The translations under genes and the position numbers were made by a program. A stretch of 63,615 nucleotides of DNA, the filler included, from Lenisia limosa (taxonomy: Eukaryota; Protista; Breviatea), in the NCBI GenBank assembly GCA_001655205.1. It is 7 parts of 7 records of this genome, joined end to end, with 100 filler letters (N's around TTAATTAATTAA, not from the genome) between each part and the next. Parts side by side here need not be neighbours in the genome. Positions count along the whole stretch, not along the records: positions 1 to 27,084 come from LPNZ01010993.1; 6 more parts are not named here. One strand, given 5' to 3'. Shown piece by piece: positions 12,701-25,339 of this stretch; within the stretch, counting starts at the first letter, position 1, and every line of letters starts with the position of its first letter. Below the pieces are notes generated by a model, which was not told the origin of the DNA, did no database searches, and was given only the letters and a program-made list of their open reading frames with translations.

Positions 12701-14555
12701 CTATCCATGCTGTTGCAGTAGTGAACAGACAAGAAGGAAGGCAAGAAAAAGAAGAAGAAACAGTTGAAAAGGAAGGTAATAAAGAAGAAGCAAACCAAAA
12801 AGAGAATGAGATGATGAAAGGGAGGAAAGAAGCAACTGAGCAGGCAGAAATGAATAAAGTGGATGGAGGACAGAATGAGGAACAAGAAAGAGAAGAACCG
12901 AAAAAAGTGGAGGAGAGTGTGATTGAAAAGGAAGTTCATGTCAACACCGAGTTTATCCAGGCAGACGAGCCATCATTTTCTCCGGAGCCCACTTGTCAAA
13001 GCTCCCCCTCTCCACTTACCCCAACAGCCACATCCCAACCCTTGATCAATACCCAGCCATTCTCCAGTATCCTTTACTCGCAACCATGCAAACCACGAGG
13101 TCTCTTCGGTGTTCTCAAAAGACGAATGGCCATTAACAACGGGTCCTCCCAACAGCCCAATGTTAACGAAGCGCCTCATTACATGAACCCCATGGCACCT
13201 CAATCCTGCAACCCCTTCTCAGCCTACCCCCCAACTCAACCCGGTCCACATCACTACCAAGCTTATCCACAGCCTTTCAATCCGCACATGCAAAGCCCTT
13301 TTCCGCAGCCTCTTCCACAGAACCACCACTACCAGCCACCTTACTCCCATCAATACAATCAGTTCTTTGTACCGTATCAGCAAACTCAAGTCCCCCATCA
13401 TCAACAGCAACGATACAACCTAAAGAGGCCCCACGACCGGCCCGATCAGTCAAAAAAGAATGCAGTTCCTCGTAAACACTGCTCTCCACAGCCCTGCAGC
13501 AATGTTCTTCCAAAGATTCAAACCACCAAAGAACCTACGCACCAAGTAACCCAGGAATGCAGTACTGTGATACCCCCTCATGAAGCAGAAAGTACATGGG
13601 GCTCAAACAATAATGTTTTATAACTACACACATCAACACCCTTACTCATCAGGTTCAGCAGCTACCTTGGAAAAGCCAGAATCTGGTAAGGCTCTTTGTA
13701 ATATCTAATCACAATGTAGCCCCAGCATCTCCCAGCAATGACACGAATATTAATCCTCCCAACGACGAAATGGTTTGTCAATCATTTGCAACTGACCTTT
13801 CTTAGGACCCTACTGACACCAACACCCAACCATTTGAAGGAAACCCTCCTGACACTCAGACCAACCCCTTTGTCCAGTTCAGTCAGCGTATCACCACACC
13901 CAATGTTACTCTATTCAAGGAATTCCCACCCACTATTCAACCGGAGATACCAGCCTTTGAGCACCATCCTCCTGGCCCAACAAGCGTGTTCCTCCAGCAG
14001 CCACAACCATTCTTGACCCCAGCTGAATACCCCCCTCAACCCTTGGACAGCAACGCTAACCTGCCATATGCGCCCCCAGTGCAGCGCTTCAACTATGACG
14101 GGTTCCGGAACTACGAGTTCATGCAGAACGCCAACCGCAGAGTGCACTCTGAGCCGCAGCTGGAAAAGGAAAATGAGAGCAATGTGCGGGGGGGGGGGCT
14201 CATCTCAGAAACAAATCATTTTGGACAATCTTACAAAAAAAAAAANNNNNNNNNNNNNNNNNNNNNNNNNNNNNNNNNNNNNNNNNNNNNNNNNNNNNNN
14301 NNNNNNNNNNNNNNNNNNNNNNNNNNNNNNNNNNNNNNNNNNNNNNNNNNNNNNNNNNNNNNNNNNNNNNNNNNNNNNNNNNNNNNNNNNNNNNNNNNNN
14401 NNNNNNNNNNNNNNNNNNNNNNNNNNNNNNNNNNNNNNNNNNNNNNATGCCATGGTGGTACTAAGCGTTTACCACATAGGAGCCAATCGCAGCAGCTAAC
14501 CACACCACGAAGGCGGAACATTGCTGACTATGAGGAGCGAAACTGGTGGCAATAG
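9793..14555 (+). CDS. Large Glu/Lys-rich low-complexity protein with a Pro/Gln-rich C-terminal part
   Basis: A 3.6-kb stop-free exon (about 10003-13620). Likely first exon MDLDYPDPP|gtgagt at 9793. Downstream exons end ...NIADYEERNWWQ* at 14555; gap at 14245-14447. No recognisable domain; start is tentative. Confidence 0.7.
11860..12480 (+). repeat. Coding tandem repeat, 24-nt core ATGAAAGAAGAAAAGGAACAAGAG (MKEEKEQE) and variants
   Basis: Near-exact copies at about 12052-12123 and degenerate copies on both sides; strongly purine-biased + strand. Confidence 0.9.
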
Positions 14556-14996
14556 CCCGTATTGTTTAGTTTATTTGTTTTGACAATGGTAATTTGTTTG
14601 TTGTATCACATGTGGCCTAAATGTGGGAGGAGCAAGCACTGGGAGGCAATATGTATGATAAGTGCAATAGGTATCATTGATATCATGATAGTTTTAGTTA
14701 TTTAGTTATAATTATTATATATGTATTCTTATGTGGTAGCAAGAAGGAGCATTACGCGCATTTTTGCGTAAACACGCGCAATACATTTGAAAAAATTTGA
14801 ACCAAGGAGCACCACCAACCACCAAGGACTTAAAAAACTTAGGAATAGTAGGAATAGGAATATGTAAACTGTGTCTCAAGAAATCTTTATTAAGTCTGAC
14901 TGGCTACAGTTTTTTGAAAAACGCAACAACGATCTTGGCTCTTTAGCCTGTGCTTACCGCCTATCTCTGCTCCACTAGAGTCTGAATAGAGTTAAA

Positions 14997-17900
14997 ATGT
15001 CATACAGCTCCGGGGTATTACCTGCCTCGGTCTCAAGGGGCGTCCCTGCACCCTCCTTACCCTTCAACAGTTCTCTTTCTCAGGCCACCCTCCCTATGCG
15101 TAAGCGAGGACTACGTTAAATGACAACTACATCTTCCTTTGCTGCAACGCTTGTTGTTGTTCTGCAGTTTTGTGGAAGTTTAATGTCGTTTTTTTAAAAA
15201 ATAATAATGTCGCGTATTTGTAACTGTTTTGCAATCTGAGTCTTGCTGTTTTATATATCATCAAATTATTCCAATGAGGTTTTATGGTTTTTTAACAGTT
15301 TCCAATTTTGTTGGATCTTCTTTGCTTCACTATTCAGCTGAAACACCGGGCTCACCAGCAGTTTGGCTGAAGTCGCTTGAAGAACATACCAAAATTCAGA
15401 ATGATGAGGTAGGTAGACTTTAGTGGGTCAGCTGTTGGTACCTCCCATGATTTTGCACGTCACATGAAAAGAGTGTTTCATTCACACTGAGTCTTACAAC
15501 ATGAATACCACAACTTCCTGAATGTATTCTTATTTACGATTAGAACCAGGGAAGATACAGTGAACAGTAATTATATGCTGCATTCCTTTCATGTTGCCCA
15601 GATTGCACGCGAACATGATAAGTTCAACAAGCTCCGTGATGACTTTGAGTACAATCTAACCCTGTTGCGCGACCGTGATGCCGAACTGGAGAAGTGAGTG
15701 CAAGTTATCAGATTGAAACTTGCTCTTTTCGTTCTATTTCAACCAACTTGTCAAAGTTGAAAACGTCATTTCTCATGTTGCAGATACGATGAGACTTTCA
15801 GTGACCTGAAAGCTTCTCTTTTGGAAAAGTGGGCTTATCTGATACCATCTATGATTTATATCATACACATTAAAAAGATACCATGATATTATACTAATAT
15901 TGGACATTTTTGTCATATTTGCTGGCACTCTCAAACTGTGTTGATTATTCAGGGATGAACAGATTGCGCGCCACATTCGCGCCAACGAGACAGCTGCTTC
16001 AGACTTATCTGCCACGCAGGTTCAATTTGAGGAGGAAAAGTCCCGTCTAGCTGAGGCGGTAGAGACCATTCGTGCCACTGCTGAGGTAAGGTGTGGTTCC
16101 GAGATGATTGAATCGGATCACGTTTTTTTTTGTCAATAATAGTAAAATAAAACAACATATCAAATATTTATACGGCGTTGTTCCATTTTTCATCTAACTG
16201 GATGCAGGCTGAGAAGCTACATCATGAGCGCGAGTTACGTGAAGCAAGCGATGTTGCGCGTCAACTCATCCAGGAGGCCGAGGACAAGGCAAAGGAAATG
16301 ATGTGAGTTGAGTTCTTGGCTTGGCTGGGTTAAATGGACACTGCGTCATTATTGCCATGAATCTGAAGGCTACCACTATCAACATCATGGTGACATCTGC
16401 TTAGGGAGTCCCTTCGAATGGAAAACCACACCAGAGTCATGGAGGTTGAGACCGAATGTAGTGCCCTACAAAAGGACCTCGCTGATAGGGTGGGCTACAT
16501 GTATATGACTGATTGGTTTTGTGAGAATTGCCAATTTCAGGTTCGCAGTTTCCCACCTAATAGAGGAGGCTGCAACAGTATCCAGCTTCTAACCCAATAG
16601 GAGAACAGTATTATCCGCCTTTCCGGTGAAGTGACACGTTTGGAAGCCGATATGTCACGTACGGCATCTTTAAACTCGAACCTCAAAGAAAACGTGGAGT
16701 ATGGGGTGAACCTTGTGGCCTTTCGTGAATATTGATTTGATAACATGCTTTAAGTTGAACTATCATCTTGCTTGTTTTCTCTTTTGTATTGTGGTTTCGC
16801 TCCAATTCAAGTGATGTTGTAGTACGTTGGAGAAGGCCCTGAGGGAAACCGAGCAGGACTCTTCTGAAGGACTCCGCATACGAGATCGCAGACTCGCCGA
16901 ACTTGAGGACCAGGTCCAACAGGTGGGTGCAAAACATCAACAACAAGTGCTATGAATCAGACAGTGTGTGATGAAAGCGGGCTGTTGACTCCTTAGGTAG
17001 CATGTTATTAGTTTCAACTATTTGTTTGATTAAACTAGATAACCGCTTTGCGCAAGGCCGAAGCTGAAGAAGCGGAGAATAGACTCAAAGCGATCTTAGT
17101 GGAAATGGAGGATGGCGNNNNNNNNNNNNNNNNNNNNNNNNNNNNNNNNNNNNNNNNNNNNNNNNNNNNNNNNNNNNNNNNNNNNNNNNNNNNNNNNNNN
17201 NNNTGTAGCAGACATCTGAATGCGAAAGCAGTCTTCTTATTTCAGTGTCCTGAACTTGTATCATATATGATATACTGTATACCGTAAGTCTCTTTATGAC
17301 GAGGTAGGCTCGTGCCCAGCTGGTATCACAAACCCATGAGCTCCAAGATAAACTCAGTGAAAGCCAAAACAGAGTTAAAGTGAGCTTTGAATTGTGGTAT
17401 AGTGTTACAGTCCTGTGGGTTCTGTTCTTCTCAATTGCACTCCGTAGACATTGGAGGCAGAAGCAATGAACCTTACAAGTTCATTCACAGCGGAGCGCTC
17501 CACCCTTGCGCTTCAGCATTCACAAAACCAAAGCGAAGAGATTGCCAAGGTTTGATAGGATGACACATTATTGAAATTGCCTACTTAGGTTTCATTACAG
17601 CCTTAATTTACAGACAAAATGGTGTGAGCCCACCCCCCTTACTTTTTTAACGGTTAGGTCGAAGACACATGGCGACAGAAGCTTGAGATCACCGAGCGGT
17701 GCCATAAGGACGAGATTGACGATCTTAAGAGCCAATACGAGTCTGACGCCCATTTGGTGCGTGGAAATGACATGAGACCTTTCCTTCACGATAGAAATGA
17801 CATTAGACCTTTTCTTCATGATATTGACGATGGTCTCATCCGACAGCTTCGTACTGAGGCGGGTGAAGCCTCGCTGAAGGCCTGTGCTGCAGAGTCTGCG

Positions 17901-20900
17901 ACTATTGCAGTGACGTCATCACATCACTCACAACTTCAGGCGTCTGACGTCCAGGTACCCGGGTGTAATACACATAGTATCTAGATTCATGTCAGGGAAA
18001 AGAAAAGCGTCTTAGGCTGCTGATTTCCCTTAGATAAATCAGACTACTTTTTTTTTGTTATACCTTCTTATTTACCACCTCCACTCCCTCAGGTTTCCAT
18101 GCTGACAGAAACGAACAATGACCTTCGGGGTCAGTTAGAAGAGGCACGTGACCACATCCGGAACAGGAAGGTTGAGATGGTGGAAGTTCGTGGGTGTTAT
18201 AGTATTGATCTGATGTTTTTAGAAATAAGCTAGTCTTTGTCTAATGAATTTCAATTTAATATTCAGGCTCATTTAATGAGAAACACATAATATTTGCATG
18301 GTGGGTAGTGCTTAACATGGTTTAGCTCCGCACAGCGCTTGCAGCAGCGGCCGATAGGGAAGCCGAACTGAAGAGAAGCCACATGCAAAGTATGAACATC
18401 ATCAATGCACGAGTTTTGTAACCATCGTTATCCTAGCTCCCAATTAAGCTATGTATACTATTTGGTTATTATACCCTCCCTCAGGTGTTCTTGAACTAGA
18501 GGCGACGTCCGACCGTCAGAGTCGGGTGTTGGACGAGCGGCATCATAGAGACATTCTGGACCTCACGAGGCAGAACTCCCAGATGCAAGACGATGCAGCC
18601 AGGAATAAGAGGGAACTCAGCGATGCTCAGGGGTGGGTGCAAAAGGGGGTAAAAAAGGAAATGTTATTTATGAGTTCTCTGTTAATAGTCTTGCTACTGT
18701 ACCGCTAACTATCGTAGAGCTCTTGCGCGGGAGGAAGACAAGCTCAAGTCTATCGACGCAAAGGTCGACGAGATTGCCCGGGTCTTTGAGAGCGAAACAC
18801 AACGCCTTCAGTCAAGCTGTATTGGGGGGGGGGGGCTTTCATTGGGGGCATAATTANNNNNNNNNNNNNNNNNNNNNNNNNNNNNNNNNNNNNNNNNNNN
18901 NNNNNNNNNNNNNNNNNNNNNNNNNNNNNNNNNNNNNNNNNNNNCGTTCTCACCATCGATACGTAGGCTTCGTGGGACCTCTCCAAAGGGGAATGCTGTC
19001 ATTTTGTACATCCATTTGAATTCGTAAAGTAGCTTATGATCACTTTCCCCCTTGTTCTTGAAGTATATTGCTTTGTAAAGCAGATTTGACCACTGCAGCA
19101 ATGCCGCCGGGCCTATTTGAACAGAGACCATCCGCCTTGATTCGTTTGTCGTCCGCGGCCGTAGTCACTCACAAGACCATCGGGCTGATGGAGAAGGAAT
19201 TTGAGCGGACCAGAAGTGAACTGTTGGCCAATTAGGATACTATTCGCATGGGATCGTCGGGTGATTTGTGTAACTTTTAAGGTCCTCAACAACCACTCAA
19301 TTGGCTGCAGCTGAAGATACAATCAACAGGCACTTTAGCAGCCTCAAAGATGTACGTTGGGAATTATGTGGATGAAAGGTTCAACCAGGTTCGCCATCAA
19401 AACCGTCGTCCAATGAAATTGGAACTGTCTTTCCTAACTTTACAATGGAATTACCTTATAATTGTTTCTACCTTCATTGTTCTGATTTATAATGTTTCAG
19501 TCAGAGCAGCAGCACAATGAGACCACCACTCGTCTGGTAACAGCCGAGACAACGACCCAGGAAGCGGTCGACAGTTTGAGAGAAGCGAAAGACCTGATTT
19601 CAAGCCTTCAGGTAGGTTGAAGTCTGTATGCATATACCATATGCATAGATTGGTGAATGATAAGATTCACTTCTATCCTACTGTTTAAAAATGTGTGTGT
19701 GTGTGGGGGGGGGGGGGTCAGANNNNNNNNNNNNNNNNNNNNNNNNNNNNNNNNNNNNNNNNNNNNNNNNNNNNNNNNNNNNNNNNNNNNNNNNNNNNNN
19801 NNNNNNNCTTGATCACTGCTACGCCTCTGACAATTTAGGCTGAGGGTGAGCGTCAGGCTGAAGCAGTCGCGTGGTATCAAAATGAGAACTACGCTTTGCA
19901 GGTGTGCGGGTGATACGCTGAGAGATATTGAGTTGTATTAATATGAATTTTATGATGATTTATTACAACATCATATTGAATCCACAGTTTGAGAACAAAT
20001 CCCGAGTTGAGGAACTGGAGCAATGGAAGAGAGCATCGTCAGAGCAAACATCCGAGACTAACAGAGAAATCTCTACCACCGTCCAGCAGTGGCAGGTATG
20101 AAGACTGCTTCTCATTCACCCCCCTCCCCGTCTCCCACCTCTTGGTGGATATCCCGTACCCATTCGTTTTTCACGATTCCTTTACAGTAGAACAGTTTCA
20201 ACTTTACTGACCCTGCAGCAACTTGTCCAAGAGCGAGACGAGATTCTCGAGGAGTCCAGAAGAGAGTCGGACTTATTGCGGAATAAACTTGAAATCTCTG
20301 CCCAGCAAGGTGGGGACCTTCGAAAGAATACTTCGCACAGGGTGACTGAATACACTTTTCTGGTTTGATTTTCTAGTTGAGGATCTTCGTGATATGGTCA
20401 ATTCTGTCAAAAACGAAACACAGATGGTGGGTTGGGGTGCTGTGGGAGCTAATGAGATCTTTTGGGTTTTCTCTTCAAAGTTTATATTCTTTAATGGGCT
20501 TTAGGAATCGTCTGAAAAGGCAGAGGAGCACAACGCAACCATTCGACAACTTCAGGCGGAAAACGTTGAGGTTTGATATGATCTATAGCGTTCGTCTAGT
20601 TTGGGTCGAGGCCTGACTCCCGATCAAGTCTGATGGTCACAGATCCGGAGGTCACATGAGGCGAACATGTACGAGGCTAAACAGGTTCTTGAAGGCTACC
20701 AACGCCAAGTCCAAAAGGTGAGAGGCCTGCAATGAGGGATCTCAGTACAGCTGGTGGTATTAGGGTTTTCGAGCTATAAAACCGCGGGAAAGACTTGACT
20801 TGTCTTTGCGTTTGAATTGAAATCTTGTTTGTGAAGAATACCTACCTGATATTGACACACCAGGTGGAAAGCACATCCGCAGCACTGAAGACTCGGCTCC

Positions 20901-23900
20901 ACGAGGTTGAGGTTGGTGTATCGGAACTAACAGTTACAACGCTCTTGGTTCTGCTGTTACCTCCTCTCCCGCAGGAAAAGCTCCACTCGTCTACAGCCGA
21001 GATTGGCAAGTACAAAACCGTCATCAATGACTTAAGACATGAAATGGAGAAAGCCCATGTGGGNNNNNNNNNNNNNNNNNNNNNNNNNNNNNNNNNNNNN
21101 NNNNNNNNNNNNNNNNNNNNNNNNNNNNNNNNNNNNNNNNNNNNCATACCCATTTGATATTATTTTACTAATCAAATCAAGCCATTTTGATGAAATTCCT
21201 GGCTTACCTCTTCAGCACAACAGCCTTTCAACCGCAGGAGAGCATCAGAAAGACATTGGTGAAATGAACATGAAGGTCGCAGCTATAAGTGCGCATTTGG
21301 AGTCGGCTAACTCACGTGCAGCCGGTAAGTACTGCCTGAATCCCGTCCCGTGTAATCATACTGCTACATGCCCCTGGACTTTTGTTGTTGTGAATTGCAG
21401 GTGTTATTTCTTCAAATGTGCGAGTTGATTGACTTTTTTCAGGGCTTGAGAGCATCATCAAAGACGAGAAAACTCTACGCATGACTTCGGAAAAAAGAGC
21501 CGCGCAACTACATGAGGAGGTGGCTAACTTGAAAGCGGAAGTGGGTGTTACAATTGGCTAAGAAATGGGCTTCTGTACTGATATCGCAGCTAGCTACGTC
21601 CTCGTCCAAGGTCAAAATCCAAGAAGAGCGGATCTCAGATATGAGCAGAGAAAAGGAAGAACTCAGGTAAATTGAACCCCAGCATGTACCCTGCTAACTC
21701 ACAATATCCAGACAAGCGGTCAAAGAAACGGAGAATGGTGTGCGGGACATGCGAACACTGAACGACCAGCTCACCTCTCGAGCTGCCACCTTTGAATCAC
21801 AGGTAATGTTAGGCTGCTGTGTAAAACATGCCTAGTTTGATGTTCAATATTCGATAAATGAATAGTTAACTTTATTGAGTAAATCTCACCAATTATAGCA
21901 GTTGGTTACCCATTTAGGTATCGCAGCTGCAGCAATACTCCCAGACCATCCTGCAGCAGTATGAGGACCTAGCCAATCGCACCACCTCCGACGAAGCGGT
22001 GGAGGTCCGTGAGCTCAAGACCGCTTTGGGCCTGGCATCTGCTGAGGGGCAGAGCACTCGCATGGGTATGGGTCTACTTTCACAGTATATATTGATTTTA
22101 GTATGATATAGTATGATATATGTAGATAGTATATATCATATAATATTATATATTATATGAATATGATATGATATCAATCATCTGGATTGAAGCATGTAAA
22201 AAGCTATGTGTTGTTGGCTTTAGATATTGATATTGTGAGTGTACAAAATGACTGGATCCATTATCCTCTAGAGCTTAATGAGAAGGCAAGTCGACTTGCA
22301 GCTCTCGAAGCTCGTGTAGTTGGTAGGCTGACGGTGGCGTTAAATGGTGTTACTGCTTATTACATCTCATGAACAACCCTCTGTTACCTTGGCAGCGGCT
22401 GAGCGCGATGTGAAGGTCGAGTCTGAACGTGCCCATGCGCTCGAGACCAAGTTACATGACTTGGAGTACCAGGTTGGACTGAAGATGAAGGAGGATATTT
22501 CGACCCATGTGTCACTTTATTTGTCTCATTTATCAGAACCGAATTGCTCTCCCACAGGCACACGGCGAGGCTCTATCAAATGAAAGGTCAAAAGTGGGGC
22601 TGGCTCCCTTAGACTTCGTTCATATTCTTGAATTATGTTCATAAATATGTACTTTTGGATGGTTGGGACTAACCCCCCTCCCCTCCCGCAGCTTATAATA
22701 GTGGAGACGAAGATGGCGGCAATGACTGCAGATTTGGATCGATTTGCGTCTGAAGCGTCTAAGCTCAGGTGAGTGTAAAGAACATCATTCTTTGTTTGGG
22801 CTTTACTTGAGAACAGTGTTTCTTGGGGGGGGGGGGNNNNNNNNNNNNNNNNNNNNNNNNNNNNNGCCTTGATTGCGTCTCTGGAGTCCAAAGTCTCCCA
22901 ACTCGAAGCCAATGTTGGTCTTTTTGAACCAATCCTCATCCACTAGATTTCACAAGATTTTACCCATGCCTCAACATATGTCTTTTCCTCACGGCCAGGT
23001 CCAAACGATGAAGGTCAAAGAGAACGCTGCGTTGGAGGATGCTCAGAAGTCCAGACGGGAGGCCCACGAGATTACTGTTGACGCCCAAGTTTTGGCTCAG
23101 CGACTGGAGGAGTGGGGGGGGGGGGNNNNNNNNNNNNNNNNNNNNGTAATGCTCAGGATCGAGTTGACGTCCTGGTCAAAGAGGTTTGCTGAATGCTGAA
23201 TACTTTTAAATATTTCACTTAATTCTTGATCTCACCTCATAGAACACCGCCCTACAGAGTCAATGTCTCCTCAACCAGGCAGCAGTGTCGAATAAGGAAG
23301 ACGAGGGTGGGAGAGGGCTTTTCATATCAATATAAGAAGGAGATTGGTGTTTTTATTTGGAGAACGAAACGGAATTTATCAAGTGAAGAGCAATTATATT
23401 CGCTTGATGTAGTGATTATATGTATCTTACGGTATAGGCTCAGCTCTGAGGAGAGATCTGCATCGAGCTGAGGTATGTCATATGACCTGATTATTTGTGC
23501 CTATGTAGCTCTGTAAGACAACTTTTTTTCGCTTGGATGTTTTGCTGTGCCTCCTGTATCAGTCTCGCATTAACGGCATTTTAGTCTCGAGTTGCGGACT
23601 TAGAGGACCGTCAGCGACATCGGGATAACCAGGAGAAGGAAATGTGAGGAGTGGCTTTGAGTAGCGGTTGTTTTTGCGACATTATTTCAGTCTCATTGTT
23701 TAGTCCTCTAAAACTCCAAGCGGAACTTGATAATGCACACAGAGAAGTTCAGTATGCGGTGATAGTGTAGTTTTTTTTTGGGTTACTATCGACACTTTCA
23801 AACCCTTCGCTGCCAGTATGATCTTTGAACCCATACTGTGGAAAACAGCTTACTCTACAGACGGCTTCACCATGAGAGGGACGAAATGGCGAACACACTT

Positions 23901-24627
23901 CGCAATGAGCTTGAGAAGTCTCGAATTGAGGTAGAAAAGGCCCAGCTGAGGTTCGCCTTTTGTGTAATAAGTGGCACTACTGAAGTCGGTAATAATGGCA
24001 TAATATCCTGACACCCAATGCTAAGACCATTCAGGGCAGCACAACCACCGCCCCAAGCCACCCCGGTCGCCGTTACCGCCGTAGAGCCAGCTAAGGACGA
24101 CTTTAGAGTGGGATACCGGGATTTGTAGCTTGAAACAATGCTTTTCTCATCACTCTAGGAAGAGAAGATGGAACGCCTTCAGGAATCCCTCAATGTGGGC
24201 ACTCTTTGGCTGTACTTTGCTGGGGGGGGGGGGGNNNNNNNNNNNNNNNNNNNNNNNNNNNNNNNNNNNNNNNNNNNNNNNNNNNNNNNNNNNNNNNNNN
24301 NNNNNNNNNNNNNNNNNNNNNNNNNNNNNNNNNNNNNNNNNNTCAAGAGCCAACACAAGCAGTTTGGTTCCTGATACAAAGGCAACATTCACCCCCTGCA
24401 CAGGACGTTCTAAGAGAAAACCAGACATTATCCCATGAACTTGCGAGTGCTTCTGCCCATAACACCCAGTTGAGAACGAGCCACTTTGCTTCTGATCTAC
24501 CGAGGTTGCATTCGAATGGTAGAGGGGCGGTGGACATCATTTTGTGAATAGACTCGTCCAGTGTATCATTTATATTTCAGAATCCCGCACCAGTCTTGCC
24601 CGCTTCCGAATCAATCAAGGTGAGTAA
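14997..24627 (+). CDS. CCDC57: CCDC57-like long coiled-coil (centriolar) protein, many short exons
   Basis: Exons IAREHDKFNKLRDDFEYNLTLLRDRDAELEK|YDETFSDLKASLLE match the conserved CCDC57 N-terminal motif (L.EDF.YNL.vLeeRD.ELErYD) as I recall it. The remaining exons are E/Q/A/R-rich heptads. Start and stop are tentative. Confidence 0.65.
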
Positions 24628-25339
24628 CATCCATAAAAAAACACAATTATTATCATATAAATTAAATGGACCAAAATGTCCATTTTTGCTTATTTTTTCG
24701 GGAATATAATGTCATGGGGGTCCCTCTCTATGATGAGGGGTTGTACCAGGGGTATAGTCGCAATTTCCGCGAATTTTGAAAAGACAAAACTATATTGAAA
24801 GATGAAAAAAACACATACAAACACAATACAATATCAGTTAACAACAAGAAGAGAAGAACAGTGAAAACAAAGAAACATTAGTCTGAGGTGGCAGCGGACC
24901 AGCATACCGTGGGGAACCAACCCCCCCCCCCCCNNNNNNNNNNNNNNNNNNNNNNNNNNNNNNNNNNNNNNNNNNNNNAAGGTGGAGGCCAGGAAGACGA
25001 CAGCGCTCACCAAGACCAGACTGGCCCGGTGAAACATCTTGTAAAGATGTAATGGTACATTGGTAAACCCAAGGCAGGCGGTGGCGGGAGGCAATTATGT
25101 AGCGGCGGAGGCACTAAGAGCGAACGATGGCGGAAGTGAGGCAGAGACAACGAAAACAACAAGACTAGACAGTTGCGGCGGCGGCGGCGGCGACGACGAA
25201 GACGAAGACGGTCGACAAGAGAGCGAGGGGCAACAGGCAGTTGTGGCGCGGAAACTTGAGAGGAGGTAACGCGTAGGCGGAGGCGGCGGCAGAACAAACA
25301 GCAGACGACAAGGGGCAACGAGGCAGTTCACAGCAGAAA

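Noticed and set aside
10352-12939. Long minus-strand F/L/S-rich ORFs that look like membrane proteins
   Set aside because: They are antisense shadows of the purine-rich Glu/Lys repeat exon.
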